Assembly: GCA_946965045.2 (NCBI GenBank)
Contig: OX337228.1
Span: 62,001-126,000 of the forward strand
Length of the DNA stretch: 64,000 nt
Direction: 5' to 3'
From: Epithemia pelagica
Taxonomy: Eukaryota > Protista > Bacillariophyta
The position numbers and the translations under genes are program-made. Below, piece by piece: positions 46,401-58,300 of this stretch; the stretch's first letter is position 1; each line of letters opens with the position of its first letter. The notes under the pieces are model-generated. The model was not told where the DNA came from. It did no database searches and worked only from the letters and a program-made list of their open reading frames with translations.

Positions 46401-47368
46401 CTCCGCCCAATCATCATTCCCATCACCGCAATCCCATGACGACCTCGCGTCATGAAACTCTCTTGTCGTCCACCCTACAATTGCACTTTGAAGCCCTGCA
46501 CGACACGGATCAACAGGACCAGGACGCCGGTGACAATCCTAACCGAAACGGCGAGAACCATGCATCCGGAGGACAACAAGACCAGGCCCAACAACCCAAG
46601 AGTTGGAAAATCACCGGATCGGGAACCAATGCGGCCGATGGAAGTGAATTTACCATTGTGGAAGGGTTGGTTTCGGCGAGTGGCAAGGCCTACTGGGTCC
46701 AGAAAACGACTCGGACAGCTGCCCCACCGTCTCCCCCTCCTTGTCCAGCACCGCTCTTGACACAACTTCCCATTCCTCAACCTGTCGTCTCCCAAGAAGA
46801 ACAAGACAAGTTTCCTCAAGGTCGACGACGTCCCTATCGTCCAGGACTAGAGCTTGATGAGAATGAAAACGAATATGTCTTGTCCACGGGCGAATTTGTC
46901 TTTGTCTTACCGTCTCCATCGACCATGACGCATCGTTCGCGCGGACAACCACAAACACCGCCGTCGCAGCGACCCCAAGAACCCATTATGGAATTCCGTG
47001 GTGGATGGCATAATATTCGAGGCCATAAACGATGGTACGAAAAGTTTTATTTCACCAGTCCTTCCTGGTGGTATGGACCGGGAGGACGGGGAACCACGGG
47101 TGCTCCTTCCAGCATGATGACGGCGCCTCCGGCAACCGGACAAGCCTTTGTGCCTCCCACCACGACGACCGCAACAACCACCCCCATGAGACCAGCAGCT
47201 TCCACGCTGCCCTCGGTGGTGGTGGCTTCGTCCCCTACCGTGGGGATTCCTCCCCCTCCTCCTCCGCCACCACCACCGCCTGTTCCCAGTCACAATCACA
47301 ACAACAACAACAACAACAGTACCAATGGCTCCACCCCACACACCAGCACAACTCTTTCGCAACAATAA
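43466..47368 (+). CDS. Large type I membrane protein: signal peptide, short ectodomain, one TM, three copies of an unnamed beta-rich domain separated by low-complexity linkers
   Basis: SP MTRLLLLLLGMVVGWNVVL; TM VEIVIMTILLVFFVLVLVW; repeats PNGTY/PTNGTY/PMSGTY...W.I(T/S)G.G...F.I..G....G..YW. Confidence 0.75.
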   Translation: MTRLLLLLLGMVVGWNVVLPVPTVVATSPPLRVQGNAKLQEARRTLLVPEPVNYLELNQDPPGPDTTLEQPQPQLQQDDLVLANDEQDHDLDNDAVLQHNDHDHEDDDTAGLSLHRAVEIVIMTILLVFFVLVLVWTFRNHSYYDPNQRRCPPMTSNNTNNSNTNTSPTATAVAEEPTSTTLASWFQWCKTVFARRPSSLAEGNNGKAHYAWQAVPTNTTSSSSSNPSTSLEQGHEGSYQRHTRATSNPAATTTTSSHGSWYSPAMTQLTSLSNSLGSTLLSSTHHLQQHQQQQQPSGSQSLYHMLYNTNHHPTNNHPNTNNMYWSMAFCQTLEHAQERIQHNCQNTFDNNHQSPPNGTYTTVYYNVAAGTQQVLYFSATQLHFTPLASSSSTAPTTPRTGATTHHHQNKSRVTAPSTNTNATATTTTNDHNALEGWTITGRGNDSDGPFTILYGRAAASGELYWIQAAPHHTSTTTPSSASHGPGTVVLHWALLNGDDDSLTGCSIASTASSMDERHYYSHVRLHRPYLQALYQARERVIQEEQQPQPQQQQHADQGLYPESASTTTTGSTTTSTSTWMGPGLWSSWHPLKRMHTTTKTLPHTPLPQSSVSSSLSLSLSPQVLLFAPTNGTYQCSYYDKGIRYWVTLELQFTLEQVVESNNPTSSSTTGGTTAVLPAHEEDEDDDEDDDDDNEKAQGQEQGGEATALVAAEHHHHHHPDVEDDGASSPTDARTASTAATATSSSDASSSSFTRSYWIWNVSGHGHISPSSIQPPRKFRIVEGRVSATTGKTYWVEQEDEEEPPQSSTSSSTALKAPPTTSSSPEPSKNSTQQVPLPPTNEPNQTTSTSHKDALGGPEQQLDTKKKTLHRRRLHHPEGPPQSLTTGHFSFVNQDFVGWRQANNDAPSVRYPEFYLVHEDKQHPGQAYQMSYELAKSNVQYDIQAASSSAGLYTHYYANRRYYTPMSGTYTFCFHDYLHPPPNHHSHHRNPMTTSRHETLLSSTLQLHFEALHDTDQQDQDAGDNPNRNGENHASGGQQDQAQQPKSWKITGSGTNAADGSEFTIVEGLVSASGKAYWVQKTTRTAAPPSPPPCPAPLLTQLPIPQPVVSQEEQDKFPQGRRRPYRPGLELDENENEYVLSTGEFVFVLPSPSTMTHRSRGQPQTPPSQRPQEPIMEFRGGWHNIRGHKRWYEKFYFTSPSWWYGPGGRGTTGAPSSMMTAPPATGQAFVPPTTTTATTTPMRPAASTLPSVVVASSPTVGIPPPPPPPPPPPVPSHNHNNNNNNSTNGSTPHTSTTLSQQ

Positions 47369-47839
47369 CCACATCGCAACAATCACCAAACCATCATACC
47401 TTTGCACAGTACCAATCTTTCCAAAATCAGAACCCGATCATATGAAAAAAGGAATAGAAACAAAGTCGTCATAGCTTGCTGGCAACATCCAAAGACGACA
47501 ATCTAGTAGTACATAATAATATCTTTCAATTCTCTCCGCGTAAACCACTGATCGGGGACGCTCCTGAAGTGGTTCCAAAGAAAAGACAAAACTCGAAAAG
47601 TTCTAGACGAAAAAAAGTGTCCTAAGGAGTGTATCTAGATCCTCAAATAGATAGGAGTAGCGACTAGCGACTATGGCGTATGTGTCAATGTACATATTGC
47701 AGTCGTGATTCTCTCCAGTCATGCTTCGGTCGCAGAACGAGATTAGGAACGCATGCACGCACGTACTTGCATGGGACCTGACGTTGGGTCGGTCGATAAC
47801 CAGCATCTACCCCTCCAAACGACGAATAGATCCCATCGA

Positions 47840-47922
47840 ATCCGTCATGGAACAAAAGGCTCTTCTTTCTCAAGGTTCGAGATCCGTCATGGAACAAAAG
47901 GCTCTTCTTTCTCAAGGTTCGA
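47840..47922 (+). repeat. 42-bp tandem duplication
   Basis: atccgtcatggaacaaaaggctcttctttctcaaggttcga twice. Confidence 0.9.
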
Positions 47923-48368
47923 AGTTCGAAGCGAGAGAAGCAATTCACGACTTTTAAATCTCATCGACCATGACAAAGGGAAGCAATTCATAAACAAAAA
48001 TTGATAGTGTTAACTACCCACAACAAAATGGGAGTGATTCTCAAGCCCTTGGAATAGATTTCGTGTTTCACGAGGAGAAGGGTTTCCAACCGTTTTGAAA
48101 ATCCTGCCTCTCGTTGTAGCATGGCTTGGCTTGCTCCATTTGTCCAACTTTCCTCCTTTATTCCTCCATTGGTATCTCATTCGTTTTCATTGTGGTATTT
48201 TTGATTGTATATCCAGTGTAACTCTCGTTCGTATTCCATGTTATAGTTGTGAATTGTGATTGAAACAAAGAACACAACCATGTACTCTTGTTGTTGTATC
48301 GAAAATGACAAGGATGGGTCCACACCAGAAAAACGGATGATTTCAAGACTGTATCACAGAAGCAGTCG

Positions 48369-48865
48369 TTACAATCCCAGGGATTGCAAATAGGCATTGA
48401 ATTGTTGGACCGTCGCTTGCAATTGCGCAATGGCTTCTTGCACGGCGGTTTGCAAGGGTGGCGGGGCACTGGTCCCTCCGGCTTGATGGGCGGCTCGTGC
48501 CGAATGTTCCAAGGCATAGGAAGCGTCTCGCACTTGATGGCACATGAGGTTGGCCGAAGCACCCTTGAGCAAATGAGCACTCCGCATTATTTGTTCAAAG
48601 GGTTTATCGGCAGGATTCTGATATGTAGAACAAACAAGTCAAAAAGCAGAAAGGTGGACAAACATGACGCATTAGAAGACGATTGAAATCAGTGAATCTT
48701 TTTGCTCATGATTTGCAGCAAGCATAATCGTACCTGTATGACGTTCCCAATGGCCTCTAACTGAGCACCGGCTTCTGTTCTCAAATCGACCAACAATTCT
48801 TTCAAGAATTCTTCATCGTTACCACATTGGTCCATGGCATCATTCCATTGAATGACATTGGACAT
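48369..48865 (-). CDS. Stand-alone histidine phosphotransfer (Hpt) domain protein, 2 exons (48865-48734, 48617-48369)
   Basis: WNDAMDQCGNDEEFLKELL and RSAHLLKGASANL with the phospho-acceptor His. GT-AG intron in phase 0. Confidence 0.88.
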
Positions 48866-50103
48866 GATTGTTGAAATTTCTGTGGCTGATTAGTTTGGCC
48901 TGATTGTGTGCGCGTTTGCTCCGCTCGATAAACTACGAAGAGAGTAATAACAGAGGAATCAATCCAGGTTTCTGGTTTTCGTTCGTTGGTGCGTCGTTGT
49001 TGGAATCCTTAACAAAACACAAAAAACAACATTAGATTGTGACAACAAACAGAGGCACGCCCATTGGCAAAGAAACGCACAACCCAAATCACCATTATGT
49101 CCAATGGTTGTCGAAGCAAACACGACACAACGTCCTCTTCGAAACAATCAGCGCTCAGTCTCGCACTCACCTCACAAACTTCAAAGTGATCAGATTGTGA
49201 TCCACGACGAAAGATCTGCAAAGATTGAAACTCTGGGATGGAATGCGAAGAGTTTGAAAGGGAACCAATGTGAACACGATGAGAGATGAGGGGGGAGATG
49301 ATGCGCAACTGACGAAAGACTGTGCGTTGATGAGAACGATCATGCATAGCTATGTGGAGAATGGGGACCTCCTAAACTTAATTATTGGGACTACTGAGTA
49401 CTGAGAGTACGATCCGGTCTTAGCTATAGTACACGTCGCTCTTGAGTGACCAGTAACCAAAGGTCTCCAATGTCATATGTCATGCATGGAAACTTCTCAA
49501 GGAGATGCGGTCTGCTAGGATGATCGCTAATGATTAGCGACAATTTAGCGACAATCATGGCAAAAAGCATGGACAGAATAAGAAATGCTAAGTAGTCGTA
49601 TTCCAATGTCATATACTTAGCAATGAATAGATTCAATTTGATGAGAAACCAAGACTAAAATGTTAATAATCTCTACATTTAAGACTGGTTCCATTGTGGG
49701 CAGGGATATTTCAGAGGGGTCCCAATTTGAGTTCGTTACATAGATCAACTCGTCTTTGAATGCTCTTTCGATTGGTTCAATATATGCCTCGCCAAATTAA
49801 GATATACACTTTGAAATATTGGACTAAAGTATGGCCGGCAAAATTTTAGTATTCAAAACCCTAATGTGAGATGTGCTAGAAGGTACGTAAAAACGGTACT
49901 GCAGTCGCGCACGTGAATGACAATAGGGGTATATCGCGCGCATACCGCGCAAAACTTTCAAGCTTGATTTCTCGAAAAGTGGATTTTTCAAATATCCCTG
50001 GTGACGATGGAATCAGTCTTATTTACGTATACGAGTAGGGATTCATTAGTATTGTGCCCACAATTCGTTGCTGGTTGGGTTCATTAATGTAGTAGTGTAC
50101 GTT

Positions 50104-50403
50104 GATCAAAAGTTTTCCCGAACGTCTCTCAAAAAGCTATCCTAAAACTCCGAACGTCTCTCAAAAAGCTATCCGAAAGTCTTTCATTTCACTTTTTAAA
50201 GGCTTCATAGCGAAATGAGAGACATTCGGGGAAACTTTCAATTTTAGGGATAGGGTTAAACTGGGGAATGTAGTTGAAGTGGCACTGACAAGACAACTAG
50301 GGTCATTTTATTTAAGAAAAGTCAGTAATGGAGACATGGACGGTCACTGGATGGTCTGTCCGAATGTCAGTCTATCTTTTGAAAGTTTCTCCGAACGTCT
50401 CTC
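50104..50403. repeat. Cluster of aaagttt(t/c)ccgaa(c/t)gtctctc-type motifs in direct and inverted orientation
   Basis: ccgaacgtctctcaaaaagctatcc at about 50118 and 50150; gagagacattcggggaaactttcaa (about 50217) is the reverse complement of ttgaaagtttctccgaacgtctctc (about 50379). Confidence 0.8.
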
Positions 50404-51983
50404 GTGAAAGTCCCTCGTTTCACTCCTCTCAGGGGAGTGAGATCTCTGTGCAGGATTCGTCCAATTCGTACCAACTACCAAAACTAGTAGAGGAGGAAGC
50501 TATGAGATTATGAGATACCTTCCTAAGTTCCTGCTCTTTTGTTCGATAGAGCTATGGAATATATAATGGGTATGTCATAATATGTCAAATGTCAAGTGTC
50601 AAACCCACTCTTCGTGTTTGGATTTTGGATCTTGGATTTTTGATTGCCCACGCTGTATGCTGTATGGTGTATGGTCCATCCGATATCCGATGGTGGGAGT
50701 GGTGAGGTTTCGATGGTGACAAACGCGAACTTTTCTTCTCAGGTCGGTTTGCACTTGAATCTAGAATCTACCGGCTCATGGAAACCAGAAATTTGGACAA
50801 TCACTCAGCATCCGAAAAAATAGATTCAATGAGAAGTCAGAAGTCAGAAAAATAATAAGAAATAATAGCGGGTCGAAAGGAGAGTGGTCTCCCTTCCAAT
50901 CCTTTCCTTCCTTCCTTTCACCTGTCTCAACAGGAGACAGGAGACAGGAGGTATTTCAAGTTTCGAGTTTCTACTCCATCTCGAAGTGCACTCATGTCTC
51001 ATGTTGTCATGATGTGTCATGTGACAGTGAGTGTTTGCGAATCCGAATCCACACCCGACACAGCTACTTCTTCTTGGTCGACTTTAGTTCATGCTTTGGG
51101 GAGAGGAGTGCCGCATGGAAAAGGTTGACATGAGCATTGTTCTCGTTGGTGCAATCTCACATGTAGGCATTTGAGATTGGAAAAGGGTCGCTGGATGAAT
51201 CGGACAACCACATTATCTCATGATACATTCATTGTGTGCGTTTTTCTAGATAGAAACCCGTTGCTTTCTTTCTAGGAAGACGGCTCGTGTTCCGGAATCC
51301 TTTTCGAGCGAATCTCTAGGTAGAAGAGAGGGGAAAACTAGAATATAGTCTATGGAGGAAATGGTGACGACGAGATAATGGCCTTTCGTACGATCGACGA
51401 TACCCAGATACTCCTAGAATCTATGCCGGCACGTGCTATCTCCTAAGATCTGAAAGTCTGAGCACATGCAGTCATAGACTCAGTCGAATACTATGCCCTA
51501 AATCGCCAGGTTCCCGGGAGCACGCCGGTATGAGTAGCAAAAAAATCCTAACTTTTTACCGAGCTTTCACGTGTCCATGGCGCATGCTGGCAACATCTGT
51601 ATAGTATAGCTACGCAATTATAGCGTACATATAAGCGCGCTCGCGTACTCGGAACGACACTAGGCACATGCTTTTGTGCGCATAGGGAACATAGAAACAC
51701 ACGTGCACCAACGACTTGCCCTCACAATATTTTTGTTGAGCCATGGTTCTCAAAGATTCTTTGAGAACCATGGCTCAACAAAAATACCCACGATCGAGAA
51801 GAAGAGAACTAAACCACACAGCGCCAAACTATAAAGTCGGACGCAGACGCACACTCGAGAGAGAGAGAGATACTAGAGTGGCCTCCTCAGCTGAAAGTCT
51901 GAAACAATTGGACATCTTCTTTTTCTTGTGTGTGCTGGAGTCGACGAAACGAACGACAGCGACTTCACCGTTTTTCGAGACGA

Positions 51984-54750
51984 ATGATGCATGACACGGC
52001 GACTACAATGGAATCTACTCCAGATACAACAATCCTCACGACGAGAATCATACTGACCAAGGAGAATATTTCCACAGTCCTGCTTTCCAGCAATGCAGAC
52101 GACGACGACGACGAGTATGAGACCTACGACGACGACGACGACGATGGATTTTCCAACTATGTGGAAACCACAGTGGATCCGAGTCCATGGGCCTTGATCT
52201 TGACCATTTTCATTTCCATTCTATGCATTGCCTCCATTCCCTTGTTGATTCATTGTTGGAGAAGGAGGAGAAAGAGGGTCCATTCCAAACAACAGCAAAA
52301 CGGAGCACAACACGTAGCACAGCAACGAGACCAAGAACCAACGACGACGACAACAACAACAATACCATCCGAGGAGACAACGACCCACGAGGCAACCCTT
52401 GTCGTTGCGAATCCATCAAACGATGCATTACGGGATGAACCCTCATTGTCGTCCTTGCAGCCGATTCCACCACAGCTTCCTGTTCAATTCAAAGACCAGC
52501 AAACCAAAGCCAATGACTCGTTGCAAGTCGTCCTTTCCAACCCATCTGCTACGGCAAACACAAACAAAACAACTGTTCTTGCCTCGAGAGACCACAGCCA
52601 TGAGACTCCTACTACTACTACTGCTAGAACCAATCTCCTGGAGGAATACCTAGACTCGGGTGCCATGTGGCATCCCAAGCACAAGGATGTCCGTCGAATT
52701 GTCGGTGGAGCGGAAGCCATTCAACAAGTCTTGTTGCCGGCCATGGGTGTGGGCGCAACAACAGACGCGGAACCAATCGATGGCAACGACGATAAGGACA
52801 GCAAGGAGGATCCGCAACCACTCGGTGAACCGATTCCCAAGGATGCTCCATCAAAGTCATCGTCATCATCATCATCCTTGTCATTGCCACACATGGGTAC
52901 CGAAGATTCGTCCTATTCTGCCGGTGGTGAAGTGTCCAAATCGGGCCCACGTCGTTCAAACTCCTTGCGGTTCTTCTGCTGTTGCCACAGCACCAAGAAA
53001 CGCTACCAGTTTTATCGCTTTGACGATGATATGAAATCCATTATTCAGTTGGCCATCCCCTTTACCTTGCATACCTTTATCATTCACATTTTTGAATTGC
53101 TGGAACTGGCCATTATTGGTCGATTGGTGGGTATTAACGAATTGTCGGCCGTCTTGGTGGTGGACACGGTCTTGTCCTTGGCCACCATGTTTCTCGAAGG
53201 ATCCATTACCAGTTTGTATACACTCTGCAGTCAAGCAGTGGGCGCGCAGGAAGATTACTTGGCCGGTCAATACGTTCAAATTGCCGTGGTGTTTTATCAA
53301 GTCACCTTTATTCCCATGGGTGTGATTGGCTGGTTCGTTCTCGAAGACATTGTTCGATTGTTTGGATTTGATCAAGAAGTGGCCGATCTTGCCGTGAGCT
53401 ATGCCACGATTGAGTTTGTCGGGTATCTCTTTATGGTGTATACAGAAGGCATTGGCTACCTCTTGGAGGTGACGGGATACGAAAAGTTTTCGGCTGGATT
53501 TGATGTCATAAATGCCGTGATTGGTTTTGTCTCTCTCTTTATCATGGCCAAATACGGTGAGCCGTCCTTGAGGGATATTGCCTTGTTGGGGTTGGCCATT
53601 GATATCCTATTTTCCATTCTCGTGGTTGCTGTGACAGTGAATCGTCGGTGGTTGAATCGACATCACTGGGCCGGAATGGTGGGGAACTTTGCTCCCTCCA
53701 ACTGGGAAGCGGTCCGTGTCTTTTTCAAAACGTCCATCCCACTGTCGTTGGGCTATATCATGTCCACGGGCGAGTGGGAAGTCTTGACCATCTTGGCGGG
53801 TGTTATGGGACCCGCCGAGGTCGCCGCCTGGAGTTTGTTGGGATGGTTGTGGGATGCCATTGAGGAAGTGAGTTTGGCCGTGGCCGACGCAGCCGAAGTC
53901 AAGGTGGCCAAGTTCTTGGCATCCGGGCAGGTTGTGCGGGCCCAAACCTTGGCGCACAAATCCTTATTTCTGGGCTGCCTTGTCTCCGTCATCTTTTCCG
54001 TACCCATCTTGGCACTCCAACCTGTTCTTCCAAAGCTTTTCACGACGGATGAAACACTTCAAGAACTGTTGCGTCAGCTCATTCCGTTTGTCGCAGTTGG
54101 GAACGTGGCACTCATGTTTGGGTCCATGTGCTGGACCATTTTGGGTGCCCAGGGTCGGTATGGCCTCGCCACCGCCATGGGATTCCTGGGAAGTTGGGCC
54201 GTTACATTGCCCTTGTCAGTCTTGCTTACCTTGGCGTGGAACTGGGACCTGCAAGGCGTCGCGGGTGCCGTCGTGATTGGGTATGCCTGTTCCGGAGCTC
54301 TGAATGCCGCGGTACTGTTTCAATCCGATTGGGAAAAGCTTTCCGCTCGGGTTGTTCGAGATACCATCAAGGCGGCTGGATCGTCCACCATGAAGTTGTT
54401 GAAGGAAGGTAATTTGGACTTGAGTAATGACGACATGGTACCACCAATCCAGGATTTTGACGATTATGACTGGAATGAGCTACCAGAGTTTGGTACGTTG
54501 TAGAAACACGGTGGATGTGTCTGACAGCATGAGAAACTGAATGACGCTCACGTATTTTTCTTCATTTCATTATCTAGTACAAGCCGCAGCTTCTGTGTTG
54601 GGTTATACCAAAGATTTGTGGGATAAGGAAATGGAGCCTCCGGCTTCCGAACTTGAGTGGAATCAAATGAGTGCTGAACAACAAGAAGCAGCCGGAGTTA
54701 TAGGATATGACCAGAGACGGTGGGACGCCGATGATGAAAGTCAAAAGTAG
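51984..54750 (+). CDS. MATE-family efflux transporter with an extra N-terminal TM and two C-terminal W..L...AA..LGY...WD repeats; 2 exons (51984-54492, 54578-54750)
   Basis: LAIPF, LCSQAVGA, LSIPLSLG-type and EWEVLTILAGVMG MATE motifs across about 12 TM. An in-phase intron adds DWNELPEFVQAAASVLGYTKDLWD...EWNQMSAEQQEAAGVIGYDQRRWD. Confidence 0.88.
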
Positions 54751-55363
54751 CAGTAGCAGCAGCAGCAACGGAGATATTGAAGACTCTGGGAGCAAGCACG
54801 ATGGGTCCAAGGGCAGTGCCCATCCAGGAAATACCAGTTATGAGCAACATCAGATGGCTACCGTTGATACCGACGAAGAGTGGGATGAATCCCCATCAGT
54901 AATCATCGATACCGAGTTGCAAAGACACTCGCTTTCCAAGATTATATTTGAGGAACTAGCCTTCTCCGGTCGTACAAATGCCGATTTTGCTATCAAGGAA
55001 TCGAAGACGTGGTGAGAGTACAAAGAAAGTTCTCATTGGATGTTACTTATTGGGAAAAGCCAAAAAGACCCGTGCATACAACCAGAAGTAGCTGTTATCA
55101 ATCCAACATTCGGCTTGGCTAAGTGGGTATCAAGAATTGAACCAGGAAACCGACAATCGCATATATTATTGAAATCAGGATGAACGCAATGGCGGCGGAC
55201 TGAGCAAAAGCTCCGAACAGATGGTAAATAATGATTCCATAGATCCTTGTAGATGTACCTGCTTTCGAGGAGGTTACATCAATGATTCGTTAGTGCGTAT
55301 CATAGTACAAGGCCCTTTCGGAGTAGTAATACGTATCGATTTCGTCGAGGCTCTCAACATGGG

Positions 55364-58300
55364 TCATGGCTGACAGTCACCCAACACAAAAGACGCATTC
55401 GAGGGTGACACATGCAGCACTTCCTCGTTGTCAATTCGAACCGAGATGAGGGATTGGTTCAGCGACGGAGTCGTTTCAAACATGGTAGTATTCAAGACAA
55501 CACATTGTCCTTCCGAAATACACATCTCCTCCAGAATCTTGCGAAAGCTATCAAGTGGATCGTAGTCAGGGCTTTGCCATAGCCTGGATGTTTCATTAGG
55601 AAGTTTCCCCGGTTGTTCCAAAGACCAAATGATATTTTGGTTTCTCTCCAACACGATGTATAAGCGCAAGTAGGAATCTCCATTGCGGCAAAACGGAGAA
55701 ATGCGAAACGTTCGAACCTCTCCCGAATTATCAGATACAGCCATTAGAGAAGCGTCATAGGAAGTGGCCAGTGCTGGTGGACTCTCCGTCTGGATGACGT
55801 CCCCGATCGGATACCATACCATGGTTGCATCCAGGCGAAACGACCCAACCTTGTATTCCATGCTACTTTGTCTTGACAAGCCAAATGTCATCGTCGTTCC
55901 ATCTGTGGAGAGTGAAGCGGAGTTTTCGATAACACTCCAGCCCTCTTCCACGATCAAGTCGTTTCCAGTTTTCACCCATGTATTGTCTTCTTGGACTGCA
56001 TACAGCACAATGGCTGGTGTGTCGGTACGAGCGGCTGCAATGAAACGACCATTCCTTGACATTGTTGACCATCCCACATTGGAGGCAACAAGAGCAACCG
56101 TCCAGTTCGCACTGCCCAATTCGTCGGAAGTTGGTGATACATGGAAGAGGTCCGCATTGGAAGATTTCAGAAGAAACGACCCGTTTTCGGACACGGACTG
56201 CAAGCTTTGCATATCGCATGATAAACCCAAATCCAGACATGAGACCGCGGTGACTTGAACGCTCTCATTGGTCAGATCAAATATAGAGATAGTAGTTGGG
56301 TCGGTTTGGACCGCAAGGTATCGTCCCTTTGCAAAAAAGTCGAAATAGGTACCAAAACGATCACCGACGAGAGATGGTTCCAGAGTAAAACGAATCTCTG
56401 GGTCCAGGGGAACAAAACGGTCCATTTGCCAGTCCATCACATGTACCACAAACGTCAATAGGCCATCGGTTGACGTGGTTGGATCAAACGAACCAATGGC
56501 CATGCGGACATCGACGGGCCAGGCAATGAAATCAAGCACACTCCCGTGTGCCGTTGAAAAGGTTATTCTATACCCAAAGGAGCTGTCACGAGGTCCATAT
56601 AGGGTGTCCCCTCTCTCGATCCATTCCGCATCCACCCGGTCAAACACTTTAACATTCGCAGCTCGGGGATGGGAAACGACCAGGATTCGACCATTTGGTG
56701 ATAATGTAAGGATTGCGAATCTCTGTGCACTCCATCCCGCCACTGTCTCCATTTCCAGTTCTGTTGCATCTAACGCCCAACATCTCTGTCCAGGATCACA
56801 AGAGAAGGCAGTGTCTCTGCAGTACGGAAATCCAACCTCGACGGTTCCATTGTATCCACAAAATTGTGTCAGCGAACTCTTACAACTAGCACGACAACAG
56901 TCCCCTAAATCATACGCGAAATCCCATGTGTTGAATCCCACGTCACACTTGCCTGAAAAAACCAACAAAACTCAAAGGTGTCAGATCGTTGTACACGTGG
57001 TTAGAACATTGCTCCAAAGATGCAAACCACAGGACGTACCATCGGCCGATGGCAGGACTTGGCACTTGTTTCCTGTCGACCCATCCAAACATTGACAGGT
57101 ACCATTGATGCAAGGATTGCCAAACTTGCATGGGAATTCGACAGCATGACAAATGGCACAATCAAAATCTGACGACGCCTTTTCTTCTTTGACGGGCCAC
57201 TGCATGGCTTCTTCACTTCGTGGTGTGGAAGCTCTGTACCATGCGAGCCGAACGGGACTGGAAGAATCGGAAAGCGTTCCAACATCGGAAGGATCCGACA
57301 TGAAGGCTCCTTGGATTGGCTTTTTATGAAGGCTCCAGCCATTTTCGAGCGCCACGGCCAATTCCTTGGTCGAAGATACATTGAATTGCGCCATGGTCGT
57401 CATGAGCCATCGTCTCCCATTAAACACAATCAGTCCATTAAAGATGGGATCCACATAGACTGGTTTCGAGTACATGGTCACAAGGTTTCCGTTTTCATCA
57501 GTGATTGTTTCATAGTCAGTGGGCATATCTCTTGGTCCAACAAAGGCTTCATCCTTGTCGAGGAAGATTCTAGAACATGGTAGAAGGAAATTACATCTCC
57601 TCCCAAACGTTTTGGGTCCACAAACACATTCTCCGTTCGTGTATACAGCATTGCGTCGACAGGGATTTTCCTTGTCGGGACACAAAAAGCACTGAAGCGA
57701 AAAGGGTCGCAGGGGTACCCGAGGTGTATCGGGCGTACCGAGACTCCACAGCACCGTTTCGGTAATCTCATAGGTCTCGGTCATGGACGACACTGCTTTG
57801 TAGTTGCAGGAGTCGTTTTCATCATATGTAAAGGTCCAGGCTTCAATGTCATTGCAATATCCAAAAAAGGCAGATTTGGACAGTCGTTCCCTATACCGGA
57901 AGCGTCCCGCATCGGTCGGTCGGGAGGATCGATCGTAAATCCCACTAAAGGCCGCCAGGCCGGGAACCAAGTCATCGGGGAATTGGACTTCAATGGAGGT
58001 AGACACAAAGTGACCCGTTTGTTGCAAGACAAAGATCCAAATCCAACAAGCCAAAATGACAAAAAAGACAATGAGCAAGGGAAACCGTCGACGAAAGCGA
58101 TTGTCGGTAAAATACGAAATGTCGGTCACTTCATTGGCTCCGGCTTGTACAGTGGGACCAATAATCCCAAAGGTTGCCAATTGAAAGGCCAAATTGTCCT
58201 GTAACATGTGTGTGTTGATGGAGGAACAAAGAAAACCATCAAGCTGTGTTAGAACCCTCCATGATACCACACGAGCGAGGACTTGTTGATTCTGAACAGA

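Noticed and set aside
50240-50262. ttttagggataggg as a telomeric repeat
   Set aside because: A single TTAGGG only.
3354-50403. Short direct repeats (28, 33, 42, 77 and 25 bp) as possible CRISPR arrays
   Set aside because: Only two copies each, adjacent or without a series of unique spacers; eukaryotic context with no cas genes.
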